The notes below the pieces were generated by a model. It was not told where the DNA came from. It saw only the letters and a list, made by a program, of their open reading frames with translations, and did not search any database. A stretch of DNA of 64,000 bases from Camelus ferus. Its lineage: Eukaryota. The DNA lies in NCBI RefSeq assembly GCF_009834535.1, contig NC_045697.1, positions 25,856,001 to 25,920,000 of the forward strand, in the 5' to 3' direction. The translations under genes were made by a program, and so were the position numbers. Positions 41,266 to 54,502 of the stretch are shown here, piece after piece (within the stretch, counting starts at the first letter, position 1; every line of letters begins with the position of its first letter).

Positions 41266-43562
41266 GAATTAGTCCTCCATGCCCATTTAACTTAATGACG
41301 TTTTCCCACTACAGTGCTGTATGTTTCTAAAAGCGATCCACCAATTTAAAAGGAATTACCATACGTTCAACTAACTGCACTTCCATTTTCTAAAGACATT
41401 AACAATAATGTCTCTCTCATTAAAAGACAAATATTTCAGATTCTACTTGTAGAATACTTAATGCACCTTTCAAATGGTTCAGTAAAGCTTGAAGAGTGTT
41501 TAAATATAATTTATGTAAAGGGGAGGCTGGGTTTACTTGGAGATTAAGTGGAGCATTAGGCAACTTCCATCAAATCTCAGAGAGCTGGCAAGTAGGCACT
41601 GTCAATGAACCTTGGTTCCATTTCTTCTTCTTCACCTAGTTGATTGTCTTACAAATTTAGATCCAATTACAAAATTGCTGACTAGCTCAGTACCAACCAT
41701 GAAGTGGGTACGAAATAAATTGTTGTTAAGTGGAATAAAAGAGTGAATGAAAACAGAATGAAGAAGGAGGAAACTAATGTTTGCTAAGTATTTGGGAATG
41801 TGACTAGTAAAAAGCTACATGTTTTAAATAGATTATCTTGTGTTAAAACAATTCTGCAAGTTAGGTATACTTTGCTAATGCCTTGTACGTCATAAATGCT
41901 CACTATATCACTGTAATTGCTAACATGCATTACTCCTGTTAAAATGTGCCAGCTCTAATGGACTTAGGGGTTTCAATCCCCAGAAACATCACAGCAGCAA
42001 TTGGATTACTCACCTGCAATAGGCTTAACACTGACCTTTTTTATATCCCCCAATTCTCTTTGGACCAGAAGGAGTAGCTCAGGAGATTTTTTATGAATAT
42101 AAACCATTGACATTTGATAATCAGTTATTTCTCTATTATTCTGAAAACTGGAAAAATTAGCAACTTTATTTCAGGGTCAGATTTTTTTCTATTATAGTTG
42201 GCAAGTAGAAAAAGCTACAGGATTTCTGATAAGTAGGACATTTAAATTTTAAGTACTCCATATGAAAAGCAATTACATTTTAATCTATTTCAGAAGTGCA
42301 GTATGAATTTATAAGGGTATATATCTTCAAAAACCAAGCTGGGAAATGAATTTTAATCGAAATTGAGGGAGACCAGATCTAGACTTCCAGTATAAAATGT
42401 TTATATAGAACAAATGGAAGAGCCTTCACCAATTTTCCATTTAAATACCATTAACAAAGGAAGGAAAAAAGCAAACAGAAAGGAAAAATAAAGAAATGAA
42501 TAGGCAAGAATATAACTAAACCAAAAACCAAAACTAAACCTTTACCACAAACTGCCAGATAAACATTTATCAAAATCTGGAAATAATTTTCACTAAGTAG
42601 AAGGTTGATGACCGCTCTTACCCCTGTAGTCATCCAAGAAATATTTATTAAGCACTTTGTCCTGCAGCATAATAGGAAATCCTCTAAGGGGCCGCAGGCT
42701 GTTTATAGGACATTCTATAATGATGGTTGATTACAGATGAGGACAGGAGTTAGTTTTGCATTAGTAATTTAAAATGTATATTGCCAGAAATTTAGTGTTC
42801 AAGTTTAATGACTTTAACTGATTGGCAGGTTATATCTTTTAAAATATGCAATAAGTACTGATGTTGATTTTGTCACTTAAACAGTCAACTGATAGAAATG
42901 ATTGAAATATTTCGAGTATTTGAATTGCATTAATTATATAAGAGCATGTTCAAAATATTTAAAAAGTGAGCCCCTCCGTAGACATGAGCACATCTGCCAC
43001 TAAATTAGGTTTATTATTCCACTAAAATCCTCTAAAGAAGCCTCAATTCTGGTAATTTTGTAAGATGATTATAAAATCTTAGATAAGATCTGATTTATCT
43101 GAAATGAATGTATAGCATTCCTTGTCTATGTGCAACACTATTCTTCATGACAGGGAGTAAAAGAGAAGGTCATTATGTTTTGCAAAATCATATTCATAAT
43201 AACCATCATATCTCTAGAAATTTGATCTAGCATGTCAAAGTGTAATTTCTAATTTGTTCTAAAATATTAGTTAGCTGTCTAATTTCCTTACTCAACTGGG
43301 TAACTCCATACAGTTGAAGACTACTGATTAAACCATTCTATTTCATTTACTTGTGTAAAGTAATTTCACAATTTTATTTTATGGAGAGACAAGAATTGGT
43401 GTGTAGTTAGAATAATGCATAAGAATACACAAGCCAGACAAATTCCTTGGAAGCAAAGGCTCAGTTCATCTGTCAAAGAAGAAATATATCTCACTAAAGG
43501 ATTTCTAGTCTTCTTAAGTAATTGAGCAGTTGGGCAGAAAGTGATTAAGAAATACTAGGATT

Positions 43563-44186
43563 TTTATGTCTGTGAGTCTGTTTGTGTTTTGTAAATAAGT
43601 TGTTTTTTTTTTAATTTTAGATTCCACATATAAGGAATATCATATGGTACTTTCCTTTCTCTTTCTGGCTGATTTCACTTAGAACGACATTCTCCAGGTC
43701 CATCTACATTGAGGCAAATGGCATTATTTTATTCTTTTTATGGCTGAGTGATATTCCATTGTATAAATATACCACAAATTCTTTATCCAGTCATCTTGTG
43801 ATGGACATTTAGGTTATTTCCATGTCTTGGCTATTGTAAATAGTGCTGCTATGAACATTGGGGTGCATGTATCTTTTTGAATTAAGGTTCCCTCTGGATA
43901 TTTGCCCAGGATTCTAGTTACTGAGGGAAAGCAGGTGGGAAGGGATAAAAGGGAGTTTGAGATTTGCAGATACTAACTAATATATATAAAATAGATAAAC
44001 AATAATTTCATACTGTATAGCACAGGGAACTATATTCAGTATCTTGTACTAACTTATGGTGAAAAGACTATGAAAACAAATATATGTATGTTCATGTATG
44101 ACTGGAGCATTATGTTGTACCACCAGAAATTGACACAACATTGTAAACTGACTATATGCTTCAAGAAAAATATGTATATATGAAAG
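43563..44186 (+). mobile_element. 5'-inverted (twin-primed) truncated L1
   Basis: 16-bp TSD aagaaata(c/t)taggatt (43547-43562 and 44187-44202). Segment 43563-43911 is antisense L1 ORF2 end; segment 43912-44186 is the sense 3'UTR continuing from it. Confidence 0.9.
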
Positions 44187-45911
44187 AAGAAATATTAGGA
44201 TTAATACAGGTTGACTCAAGCATATGAGTTACTTCCAATAGTTTCCAAACCATTTGCAATATAAAAATATAAATATAAAAAACCTTTCATTGGGGTCACC
44301 ATTTGTAGAAAGTGTGTGGAGGGGTAAACCGTTGCACTGGAGCTAGGGCACATATGCAGGGTTTGACTTGTGTTGTAGTCAGCACTTACAGGAACGAGGG
44401 CCATGGATACTTCCCCGTGAGTGCTATGAGGACCCAGAAAATCCAACATTTAGAATGAAGTTTAAGTGGACTGTTGAAGAAAGCGTTGTCTTATGTTGCT
44501 GGGATTTGATAAATAAAAAGAATTCAGCAGAAATGAGCCGAAGGTCCATGATTTTGGTGATGGTTGATAACTCTGAGTGTTGCAACCAGTCCTCTCTATT
44601 TTTGGAATGGAAATTTTCACGTTTTTGGAGTGGGAAATCACTCCTTAGCCTCTAAAGGCAATGATGACATGATAGTGTGTGTTTGGGAAGAAGAGAGTTT
44701 CAACCACTAAGGTGATTGCTCATCACAGTGCATGGATGATTGCATCAAAAGAGGAACGTTAACTTGTTTAATTATTCTTTCTTTGTTCAGGTGGGTCCCC
44801 AGTTAGATCTTGTCCCAGACACCCTTTCCTAATAGTCATACATTTTCTGTCAGTGGAGAGATTAATAGTAAAAAGTCTTCCTTTATCATTGTAATCTCTA
44901 ATCCTTGCTTACAAGTTGAAGCAAAGAGACTCTTCTGTGAGAGCAGGCACCAGAGGAGATATTGTGGCTGGTAGAAAACTTGTAGACTTCCTGCAGTGTC
45001 TGCACTCATGTTACATGCAGTAGGTGTATGGAGCTCTTAGCTGTCCAGATGGCATCTTCTTAGAGGGGAATGTGATTCTGGACTGTGAGCCTTGAAGGTT
45101 ACAATTATATGGTAAATATAATGATTTTACGTATTTATATCCTCCTGTATAAGAAATGTCTCTCTTTATCTGAAGTAATGCTTCCTGCCTTGAAGTCATC
45201 TTTGTTTTATATTAGTATTGGGACATCAACTTATTTGGATTCGTGTCTGCAGAATATATCTTTTCTTCATCATTTACTTTCAATATCTGTCTTTATTTCT
45301 AAGGTGTGCCTCTTAGAAGCAGCATATAGGTTTTGTTGTTTTGCTTTTAACTGAAGTTTAGTTATTTTACATTTGAGGTAATTACTGATGTATTTGGCCT
45401 TATATCTACCACCTTACTAAATGTTTTTGGCTTGACCTGTTACGTTCATTTTTTGTTTGTTTTCTTCTTTTGGATTATTTAAATAGATTTTATTTTTACA
45501 TTTGTCTTCTGTATAAACATGAGAGTCATACATTCTTTTCTTTTAGCAGGTACTCTAGAAATTACAACACACATCCTTGACTTATTATAATTTATTACAT
45601 TCACTTCTTTCCTGATAGTGCTTGGACCTAAGAAGACTCTAAGTCCACATAACCCCTAACACCTCTTTGGAATAGTTATTATTAATCCTACATATATCAG
45701 CCAAGACAGTATATCATTATAATGTATAATAAATATAGATTTATATTTATCTGCATTTTCCCCTTCTTTTGCTCCTTAGTTCTCCTGTATTTTGGCACTT
45801 GATTTGGGACCAATTTCTTTTTGCCTGAACTCTTTTTAGTATTTCTTTCAGTACAGATCTGCTGGGGAAAGCTTATATGTTTATCTGAAATAGTCTTTAT
45901 TCTGCTTTCTT

Positions 45912-48900
45912 TCGATTGAGGTATAGGTGATGTACAATATTATATAAGTTTCAGGTATACAACATAGTAATTCACAATTTTTTAAAGATTATATTCCACT
46001 TATAATTATTATAAGATATTGGCTATATTCTCTTTATTGTACAATATATCCTGTTGCTGATTTATTTTATACATAGTAGTTTGTACTTTTTAACCCCCAA
46101 CCCTATCTTGCCTGTTACCTCCTTCCCTCTTGCTACTGGTAACCACTCGTTTGTTCTCTATATCTATGAGTCTGTTTCTTTTTTGTTATATTCTTTAGTT
46201 TGTTTTATTTTCTAGATTTCAAGTATAAGTGATATCATACAGTGTTTGTCTTTCTCTGACTTATTTCATTTAGCATGATACTCTCCAAGTTTATCCATGT
46301 TGCTGCAAATGGCAAAATTTCATTCCTTTTGATAGCTGGGTACTATTCCATTGTGTATGAGTGTGTGTGTGTTTATATATGTGTGTGTTCGCATATGTCT
46401 ATGTATATGATATAACATCTTTATTCATCTGTTGCTGGACACTTAGGTTGCAAGTTGCTTGAATTTCTTGGCTATTATAAATAATGTTGCTATGAAAATT
46501 GGAGTGTATGTATCTTTCTTAATAAGTGTTTTCTTTTTTCTCTTTTGAGGGGAGAGGATACATACCCAGAAGTGGAATTGCTGGGGCATACAGTAGTTCT
46601 ATTTTTAGTTTTTTGGGAAACTTCCATACTGTTTTCCACAGTGGCTGCGCCAATTTACATTTTCACCAACCGTAGACAAGGGTCCCTTTTCTCATATATT
46701 CACTAACATTGTTATTTGTGTTCTTTTTGATAATATGTGTGAGACGATATCTCATTGTGGTTTTAATTTGCATTTCTCTGATGATCAATTATGTTGAGCA
46801 TCTTACCATCTGTTTGTTGGCCATCTGCATTTCCTCTTGTACATTTCTAGAAATTTGTCTGTTTCTGCTAGATTGTCCATTTTATTGGCATATAGTTGTT
46901 CTTGTTAGTCTCTTATGACTCTTAGTATTTCTGTGCTATTGGTGGTAACTTCTCCTTTATCATTTCTGATTTTATTGATTTGGACTCGTTTTTTTTCTTG
47001 ATAAGTCTTAAATGTTTATCAATTTTATCTTTTAAAATAACCAGCTCTTAGCTTTATTGATCTTTACTATTGTGTCTGTGTTTTTTAGTTTTTCATTTAT
47101 TTCTGCTTCGATCTTTATGATTTCTTTCCTTCTACTAACTTGGAGTTTTGTTTGTTCTTCTTTTTCTAGGTCCTTTATGTATAAATTTAGGTTGTTTATT
47201 TGAGATTTTTTTGTTTGCTCCCTGATGTAAGCTTGTATTGCTATAAACTTCCCTCTTAGAACTGCTTTCTCAGCATCCCATAGATTTTGGATCATCATGT
47301 CTTCATTTCATTTGTTTTCAGGTGTTTTTTAAATTTCCTTTCTGATTTTTATAGTGACCCATTGGTTGTTTAGTAGCACATTGCTTAGCTTCATTGTGTT
47401 TGTGCATTTTTCAGGTTTTTTCTTGTGGTTGATTTCTGTTCTCTTAGCATTGTGATTAGAAAAGATGCTTCTTATAATTTCAATTTTCTTAAATTTACAT
47501 AGACCTGTTTTGTGCTCTAGAATGTCATCTCTACTGGAAAATGTTTCATGTGGACTTGAAAAGAAGGTGTATTTTTGCTGCTTTAGGATGCAGTGTTCTG
47601 TATTTATGTGTGTGTATATACAGATATAGATATATAGGTATATAGATATAGATATATAGTGTTATTTATGTCAGTGTTTCCCTATTGATTTTCTGTCTGG
47701 ATGATCTATCCATTGATGTCTATGGGTGTTAAAAACCCCTACTATAATTGTGTTATTGTTGATTTCTCTTTTATGTCTGTTAATATTTGCTTTATGTGTT
47801 TAGTTGCTCCTATTTTGGGTACATATATTTTTACAATTTTTATATCTTCTTCTTGGACTGATCCCTTGATCATTATGTAACATCCTTCTTTGTTTCTTTA
47901 ACTGTCTTTATTTTAAAATCTGATATAAGTATTGGTACCTCAACTTTCTTTCAGTTTCCATTTGCATGGAATATTTTTTTCCATAGCCTCATTTTCAGTC
48001 TGTGTGTGTCTTCAGATCTAAAGTGAATCTCTTGTAGGCAGCACGTACTTGGGTATTGTTTTGTATCCATTCAGCCACTCTGTCTTTTGATTGGAGCAAT
48101 TAGTCCTTTTAATTTAAATTAATTATTGATATGTATGTTATTATTAGTCTTTTGTTGACTGTTTTTGGGTTGTTTTTGTAGGTGGTTTTTGTTCGTTTCT
48201 TCTTTTGTTCTCTTCTCTTGAAATTTGATAATTATCTTTAGTTTCATGTTTTTATTCTTTTTTCTTTTTTGTGTGTATACTGTTAGAGATTTTTGGTTTG
48301 TGGTTACCATGGGGTTTATATATAGCAATCTATATATACACATGATTGTCTTAAGTTGCTGATTTCTTAATTTCAAATGCATTTTAACAGCCCTGCATGT
48401 GTACTTTCTTCCCTTCATGATGACTATTTTTGATATTTTTTACATCTAAATGTTTTGTATATCCCTTAACTACTTATTGTGGATATAGATGATTTTACTA
48501 CCATTGTCTTTTAACCTCCCTACTAGCTTTGTACGTGGATGTTTTCATATCTTTACCATGTGTTTGCTTTTACTGATGAGCTTTTTCCTTTTGTAATTTT
48601 CATGTTTCTCATTGTGATCTTTTTCACTTAGAGAAATTCCTTTAACATTTCTTGTACAGCTTGTTTTGTGGTGCTAAACTCTTATAGCTTTTGCTTGTCT
48701 GTGCAGCTTTTGATCTCTTCATCAAATCTGAATGACAGCCTTATTGGATAGGGTATTCTTGGTTATAGGTTTTCCCCTTTCTTACTTCAAATATATAATG
48801 CCACTCCCATTTGGTCTACTGAAGTTTCTGCTGAAAAGCTTAGCTGATAGCCTTATGGGAGTTCCCTTGTATGTTTTGTGTTGCTTTTCCCTTGCTTCTT

Positions 48901-50310
48901 TTAATATTCTTCTTTATCCTTAATTTTTGCCAATTTAATTACAATGTGTTTTGGTGTCTTCCTTTTTGGGTCAATCCTGTATGGGACTCTCTGTGCTTCC
49001 TAAACTTGGGTATTTGTTTCCTTTCCCAGGTTAGGAAAGTTTTCAGCTATTTTGTCTTCAATTATTTTCTCAGTCCCCTTCTCTCCCTCTCTTCTCTTTT
49101 CGGGACTCCTAAAATGTGAGTATTAGTGCACGTGATGTAATCCCAGAGGTCTCTTAAACTGTCCACATTTCTTTTCATTCTTTTTTCATGTTTCTGTTCA
49201 GCATCAGTGATTTCCACTACTTTGTCTTCCAGCTTGTTGATCTGTTCCTCTGTATTATTGACTCTACCGTTGACTCCTTCTAGTATATTTTTTTCATTTC
49301 AGTTGTTTTATTTTTCATCACTTTGGCTATTCTTTATATTTTCTAACTCTTTGTTAAAAATTTCTAACTTCTTGCCCTATGCATCCTTTCTTCTCCAGAG
49401 TTCTTTCATCATCTTTATGATCATTGCCCTGAACTCTTTTTTGGGTACATTGCCTATCTCCACTTCACTTAGTTCTTCTTCTGGGGTTTTAACTTGTTCC
49501 TTCTTTTGGAACATGTTCCTCTGTCACCTCATTTTGCCTAACTTGCTGTTCTTGTATTTGTTTTATTTGTGTATTTGGTGGGTTGGTTACATTTCCCTAC
49601 CTTGGAGAAGTGACACTCTGCAGGAGAAGTCCTGTGTGTCCAAGCAGCACACTCCTCTCTCACCATCAGCTATGTACTCTAGGGATTCCCACTATGAAGG
49701 CTGCATGTATCTTTCTGTTGTGGTGGGCTGCCTATGCAGGCAGTCTGGTAGCCTTGTTTGGCTCCTGGTCTGTTTGGTTGCCAGGCCTTGCCTTGTGCAG
49801 AGGCTGCCTACTACTGGTTGATGGAACCAGGTCATGATGTGGCTGATTGTGGAATCTCAGGGGACCCTGGGGCTAGATCTGGGTTCCTGGTGGTGGAGTC
49901 AGGGTTTAGGAGACTCTAGGGCTGCTACCTGGCCACTGGTGAGTGAAACCAGGTCCTGAGGCCACTGCCAGCCTGCTGGTAGGCAAAGCTGTGTTTTGGG
50001 TTCTGGCTACAGGGCTCAGGAATCCCAGACCTGGTGCTGGGTCACTGGTGGGTGGGGCTGTTTCCTGACACAGTTGATTGTGGGGACTGGGTTGTCCTGA
50101 AGGTTGTGTTGAATGGCTAGTGGGCGTGGCCAGGGCCCAGCCATTTCCAGGGCAGGATCTGACCTGCTAGTGGGTGGGCAACATCTGTAGGCTGTGCAGC
50201 TGTGGTTTTCTTGTGGCTGGTATCTACTTGCTGGTGAATGAGCCTAGGCCTGAGGCTGGAGCAGGCTCACTGGTGGCTGGGCTGGGTCTACAGACTGTGG
50301 GGCTATGGTT
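45912..50310 (-). mobile_element. L1 (L1MA9/L1_Art-like) with a large ORF2 deletion, nested in an older L1
   Basis: ORF2 remnant QNLWDAEKAVLRGKFIAIQAYI...KINKAKSWLF, 3'UTR at 45912-46600, junction at ~46838 and GC-rich 5'UTR at 49560-50310. Confidence 0.85.
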
Positions 50311-50801
50311 ACCATCTTTTTTGAAGGATGTTTTTAAGGGATATGGAATTCTAGGTGGTAGATATTTTATTCCAGCACTTAATGATTGTATTCTATTCCC
50401 TTTTAGCTTTTGCCTTTTATGATGATAGGTCACTGTCAGTCTCTTATTGTTAATTTAATTTAGTGTTATTTGATACTCTGATTTTAAGAATTCCTTGTTA
50501 AATTTTCCATTGTTTTACTATAATGTACTTACCCGAAGTTATCTTTGTATTTACCTTGCTTAGAGTTTGGATAGCTTATTGAATCTGTTAATTGACATCT
50601 CATATCAGTTTTCAAAAATTCTTGGTTATTATCACTTCCAGTATTGCCTCCTCCCTGTTTTCTGTCTCCTCTTCCTCTGGATATCAAATTACATGTATGT
50701 TAGACTTTTTCTTAGTGTCCCACATATCTCTCTTTTCTATTTCTTCCAATTGTTTTTCTTTGTGTTCAATTTGGATGTATTTTTTTTAAAATTTGTCTTG
50801 T

Positions 50802-50921
50802 GGGGAGGGGATAGCTAGCTTAGTGGTAGAGCATGTGCTTAGCATGCATGAGGTCCTGGGTTCAATCTCCAGGACCTCCATACAAATAAATAAATAAATA
50901 AAACCTAATTACTTCCCCCCC
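50802..50921 (+). mobile_element. Camelid tRNA-derived SINE (vic-1-like)
   Basis: tagcttagtggtagagcatgtgcttagcatgcatgaggtcctgggttcaatctcc followed by (aaat)n and acctaattac. Confidence 0.85.
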
Positions 50922-51969
50922 AATTTTTTTTTAAAAATAATCTGTTTTCCAATTCATTAATATTCTTTGATTCACATCTATTATTTGGTTAAACCCATTT
51001 TTTTTAAACTTCAGTTACTGTAATTTTCACCTCCAGAATTTCCATTTGATTGTTTAAATTTAAATCTCTGGCAGAATGATACAACTTTTTTCTATATTTT
51101 CTTTTTCCTGTATTTTGTGATAATGTTAACCGTAGCTGTCATTGTATCCCTGGTTGGTATCCTGATCATTTGTGAATCTCTGTTTTTCTTAGTATTTTTT
51201 CTCTTGGTTTTTGGTGATAGGGTCTTGTCTCTTGAATTCTTTTTCAATGCCAGACAGTGAGGAAAAAATGTTAAGGCTATAAGCAATATTATCTTTCTCC
51301 AGAAAGGACTCATCTTTTCATGTTTTAGTAGAGCAGAGGTTGATGATTTTGACCCAGTCAGGGACAGAGCTGAAGAGGCTGTGGGCAGTTTTGATGATGA
51401 TCTGTCAAGATTTCAAGTCATACCTATCCTGACCCATGGCTCTTCAAGGCTTCCACCTGAAAGCCTATATATTCACAAGGATCTCTCTCTAAAAAACTCA
51501 ACTCTGCTAGTAGAAACTTTCTACTGAGCTTATTAGCCTACTGCCCTTTGTGGCATCAGTATTCAGCAAATGTTTTAAAAGGAAAACTAGCTATAGTCAG
51601 CTTTCTATTCTTCCCTTCTCCCTGGGATCTTAGTCCCTTGATGCTCTAATTTGGCTCCTTAGCTATACAAGGGTACAAAAGCTGTGCTGATTTATCTGTC
51701 TGCAAAGAGCATCTCTCAACTTGATCAAATACCAGATTAGTATTTTTAACTTCTTGCACTGTGTTTAGATTCTCTGAATCTTGCCCCAGGAAAAAGAACA
51801 ACTGTATAGCATCCCCCCACATCTCTAATGTTGCTACTTCCTCAAAATCTTGCCACCTTTATTTCTATTCATTTCAACAATAACCTTTGCACAGATTTTT
51901 AACCCATTGTTGATAGCTTTTAGGATTTTGGGATCGTTTTTCTTCAAGCTACTTTATTATGTTGACTTT

Positions 51970-52930
51970 ATTCAATATATATTTCAGTAGTGACTATAGG
52001 CTATGGTATAGGCACTGTTCTAGACACTGGAAATCAGTGGTGAACTTAAGATTCTGCACTGGCTGAGTTATGTTCTAGTGGAAGTAATTAGGCCATTAAA
52101 ACATATACTATTAAATATGTAAATTACCAGGTGATGAGTCCTGTGATGTAAAAAAAAAGATAAAGGGGATAGAAGGTGATGATGCCATTTTATATGGGAT
52201 GTTCTGAGGTCTGTCTGGTAGGAGATGTTTGATGGTGCCTTAGATATGGCATATTTGGGATGACAGATGAACACTCAAGTGGAGATGTAAACTACAGTCT
52301 GAAACTCAGTGAGTAGGTCCATACTGAAGTTAAACAGATGGGATAGCCAGAAGATGTACTATATTTAAAGCTATGAGATTAGATGAATTCCTCTAGGACT
52401 GGACTATATAAAGATGAGTAAATCCTGTAGAGGATCTGAGAAGACTGACCAGTGAGGAAGGAGAAAAACTACAAGATAATGATGTCCTAGAGACCAATCC
52501 GAGAATGATTTCCACAAAGGAGGGGTGACCAACTATATAAAATGCTACAAATAGTGGGTGATGTGTTGATTATGATGGCTGAACACTGACCATTTGTGTT
52601 GTTGTTTTGGAGGGAGGTAATTAGGTTTACTTATTTATTTATTCTTAGAGGAGGTACTGGGGATTGAACCCAGGACCTTGTGTATGCTAAGCATGTGCTC
52701 TACCACTTGAACTATACCCTCTCCCTGAAAACTGATCATTTAAATTGGCAACAAGTTTGTTCTGACCTTGCAAGGAGCAGATATTATAGAAGAGTGGGAA
52801 GCAAAATGTTGAATGAAGAGGGCTCAAAGAGAAAATGGGAAGGAAAAAATAGAAGGCAAGAAGTGAGACAAATTTTACCAAGACTTTTTTTGCAAACAGA
52901 AGTCAAATGAGGCCTTAGCCGGAGGGGAAG
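51970..52930 (-). mobile_element. L2 3' region, interrupted by a SINE
   Basis: L2-like aggcactgttctagacactgg..., purine-rich body and aaatgct motif. Confidence 0.6.
52596..52725 (-). mobile_element. Camelid tRNA-derived SINE (vic-1-like)
   Basis: The reverse complement has A-box tagttcaagtggtagagc and B-box gggttcaatccccagtacctcc. The flanks gaacactgaccattt / gaaaactgatcattt form a diverged TSD. Confidence 0.85.
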
Positions 52931-53481
52931 ATGAGGTTCCCTCCCGTGAGATATGTCACTGTTAATGTTTACCTGATCTCGGGATCATGGAGTGGCATAT
53001 CCAGGTTGATTGAAATGAACTTTTGTCTCTCCTTAGTTTAGTGAATGTTCAGTTATTTAACTGAAGACCTCTCTATGTTGTTCTTGAAAGGAATAACAAG
53101 ATTCTCTATCAATCAGGTGTTGTGAAGCATCAGTATATTCACTCTGCTGGAATAGTGGTTCTTCATGTCAGAGAACTTCAATCTTTGTCATAGAACTTAA
53201 ATCTTTTCAATCAGCACCAACTATACTTTTGCTGGACCACGATGTTGAATTGTTTGTGCTATATTATTTCAGTGTTCAAGTTATTTAGGCAGTGGACTTC
53301 TAAGTAGATACACCTCAAAACCCTTTCTTATTCTCCATCTATCATTATGATAGCTATAACTCTGATGTAATATTACAAAGATGTTCTGAGATATAGAGTA
53401 ACAGTAGTGCAGACTAATACTAGCAAATTCAAGGGGGGATTCTGCTCATCTGATATCTTTATTGACAGATTAATATAAAAG

Positions 53482-53872
53482 TGTACTAGGGCTTCTAGTA
53501 ACAAAATTCCACAGGCTGGGTGGCTTAAACTATAGGGATTTTCTCACGATGCTAGAGGGTGGAGGACCAAGATCAAGGTGCTGGTGGTTTGGTCTCATTT
53601 GAGACCTCTCTCTCCTTGGCTTCCAGACGGCCACCTTCTCGCTGTGTCCTCACATGGTCTTTCCTCTGTGTGAACACAGCCCTGGGTGTTTTTGTGTATC
53701 CACATTTCCTCTTGTAAGAACACCACTTAGATTTGATGAGGGCCCACTCCATTAACCTCATTTTGACATCATCACTTCTTTGAAGACTCTATCTCCAAAT
53801 ACTCCAAATTTGGAATACTAGGGGTAGGGCTTAAACATATGTATTTAGGGGGAACACAATTCAGACTATGAC
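53482..53872 (-). mobile_element. MaLR solo LTR (MLT1B/MLT1A-like)
   Basis: Typical MLT1 motifs: gtaacaaaattccacaggctgggtggcttaaac, ccttctcgctgtgtcctcacatggtc and ggggaacacaattcag. Confidence 0.8.
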
Positions 53873-54071
53873 CTGTGGTAATCTGTTCTCTTAGTGCATA
53901 ACAAACATTTTTAAAGGAATGAGAAAAAAACTGTTAGAAGCAATCTGAAAACCAGTAGTAAAAAGTGTCAACTTAGACCAAGTGAGAACTAAAAAAAAAC
54001 TAATAAATAACATTTACTGTGGGTTAGGTATGTGATATACACACACCCACACATAAATATATATATACATA

Positions 54072-54502
54072 CTGTCGTCTCTTGGGATCCGCAAGAGATT
54101 GGTTCCAGGAACTGCTGCAGATACCAAAATCTGAGGATGCTCAAGTCCCATAGTTTCTCACGGGTTCCATACCTGCAGATTCAACCAACCACGGGTAGTT
54201 TATTAAGTTTGTAGTCCACAGTTGGCTGAATCTGCAAATGTGAAATGTGTAGACACTGAGGGCCAGCTGAATATTTATTGAAAAAAAAATCCATGGATAA
54301 GTGGACTTGTGCAGTTCAAACCCTTGAACAGCATTGGGGTTGGGGCACTGACCTCTGCCCAGTTGAAAATCCACATGTAACTTATAATTGGCTCCCTCTG
54401 TGGACTCAGCCAGTGGTACATTGTGTAGTACTGGCTGTTGAAAAAAATATGAGTATTTGTGGAGCTTCAGAGTTCAAACCTGGGTTGTTCAAGGCTCACG
54501 TG
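54072..54502. mobile_element. Composite TcMar-Tigger element (MER2B-like joined to MER8/Tigger2a-like)
   Basis: TA-flanked. It starts with the MER2-type ctgtcgtctcttgggatcc...gattggttccagga...gataccaaaatc...gatgctcaagtccc and ends with gttcaaacctgggttgttcaaggctcacgtg. Confidence 0.75.

Larger units (their letters stand above)
45060..51950 (-). mobile_element. Old L1M host element, split by the younger L1 and a SINE
   Basis: The ORF1-end consensus-like tctgaaatagtctttattctgc (45885-45904) resumes as tttttgaaggatgttttt...ggaattctagg after 50310. Confidence 0.55.

Noticed and set aside
44368..44655. 95-aa ORF in non-repeat DNA
   Set aside because: Non-ATG start, no splice context and no recognisable homology.
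49207..49821. Longest ORF in the track (204 aa, hydrophobic)
   Set aside because: Antisense to the A-rich L1 ORF1/5'UTR; the Phe/Leu/Ser richness reflects T-rich DNA.
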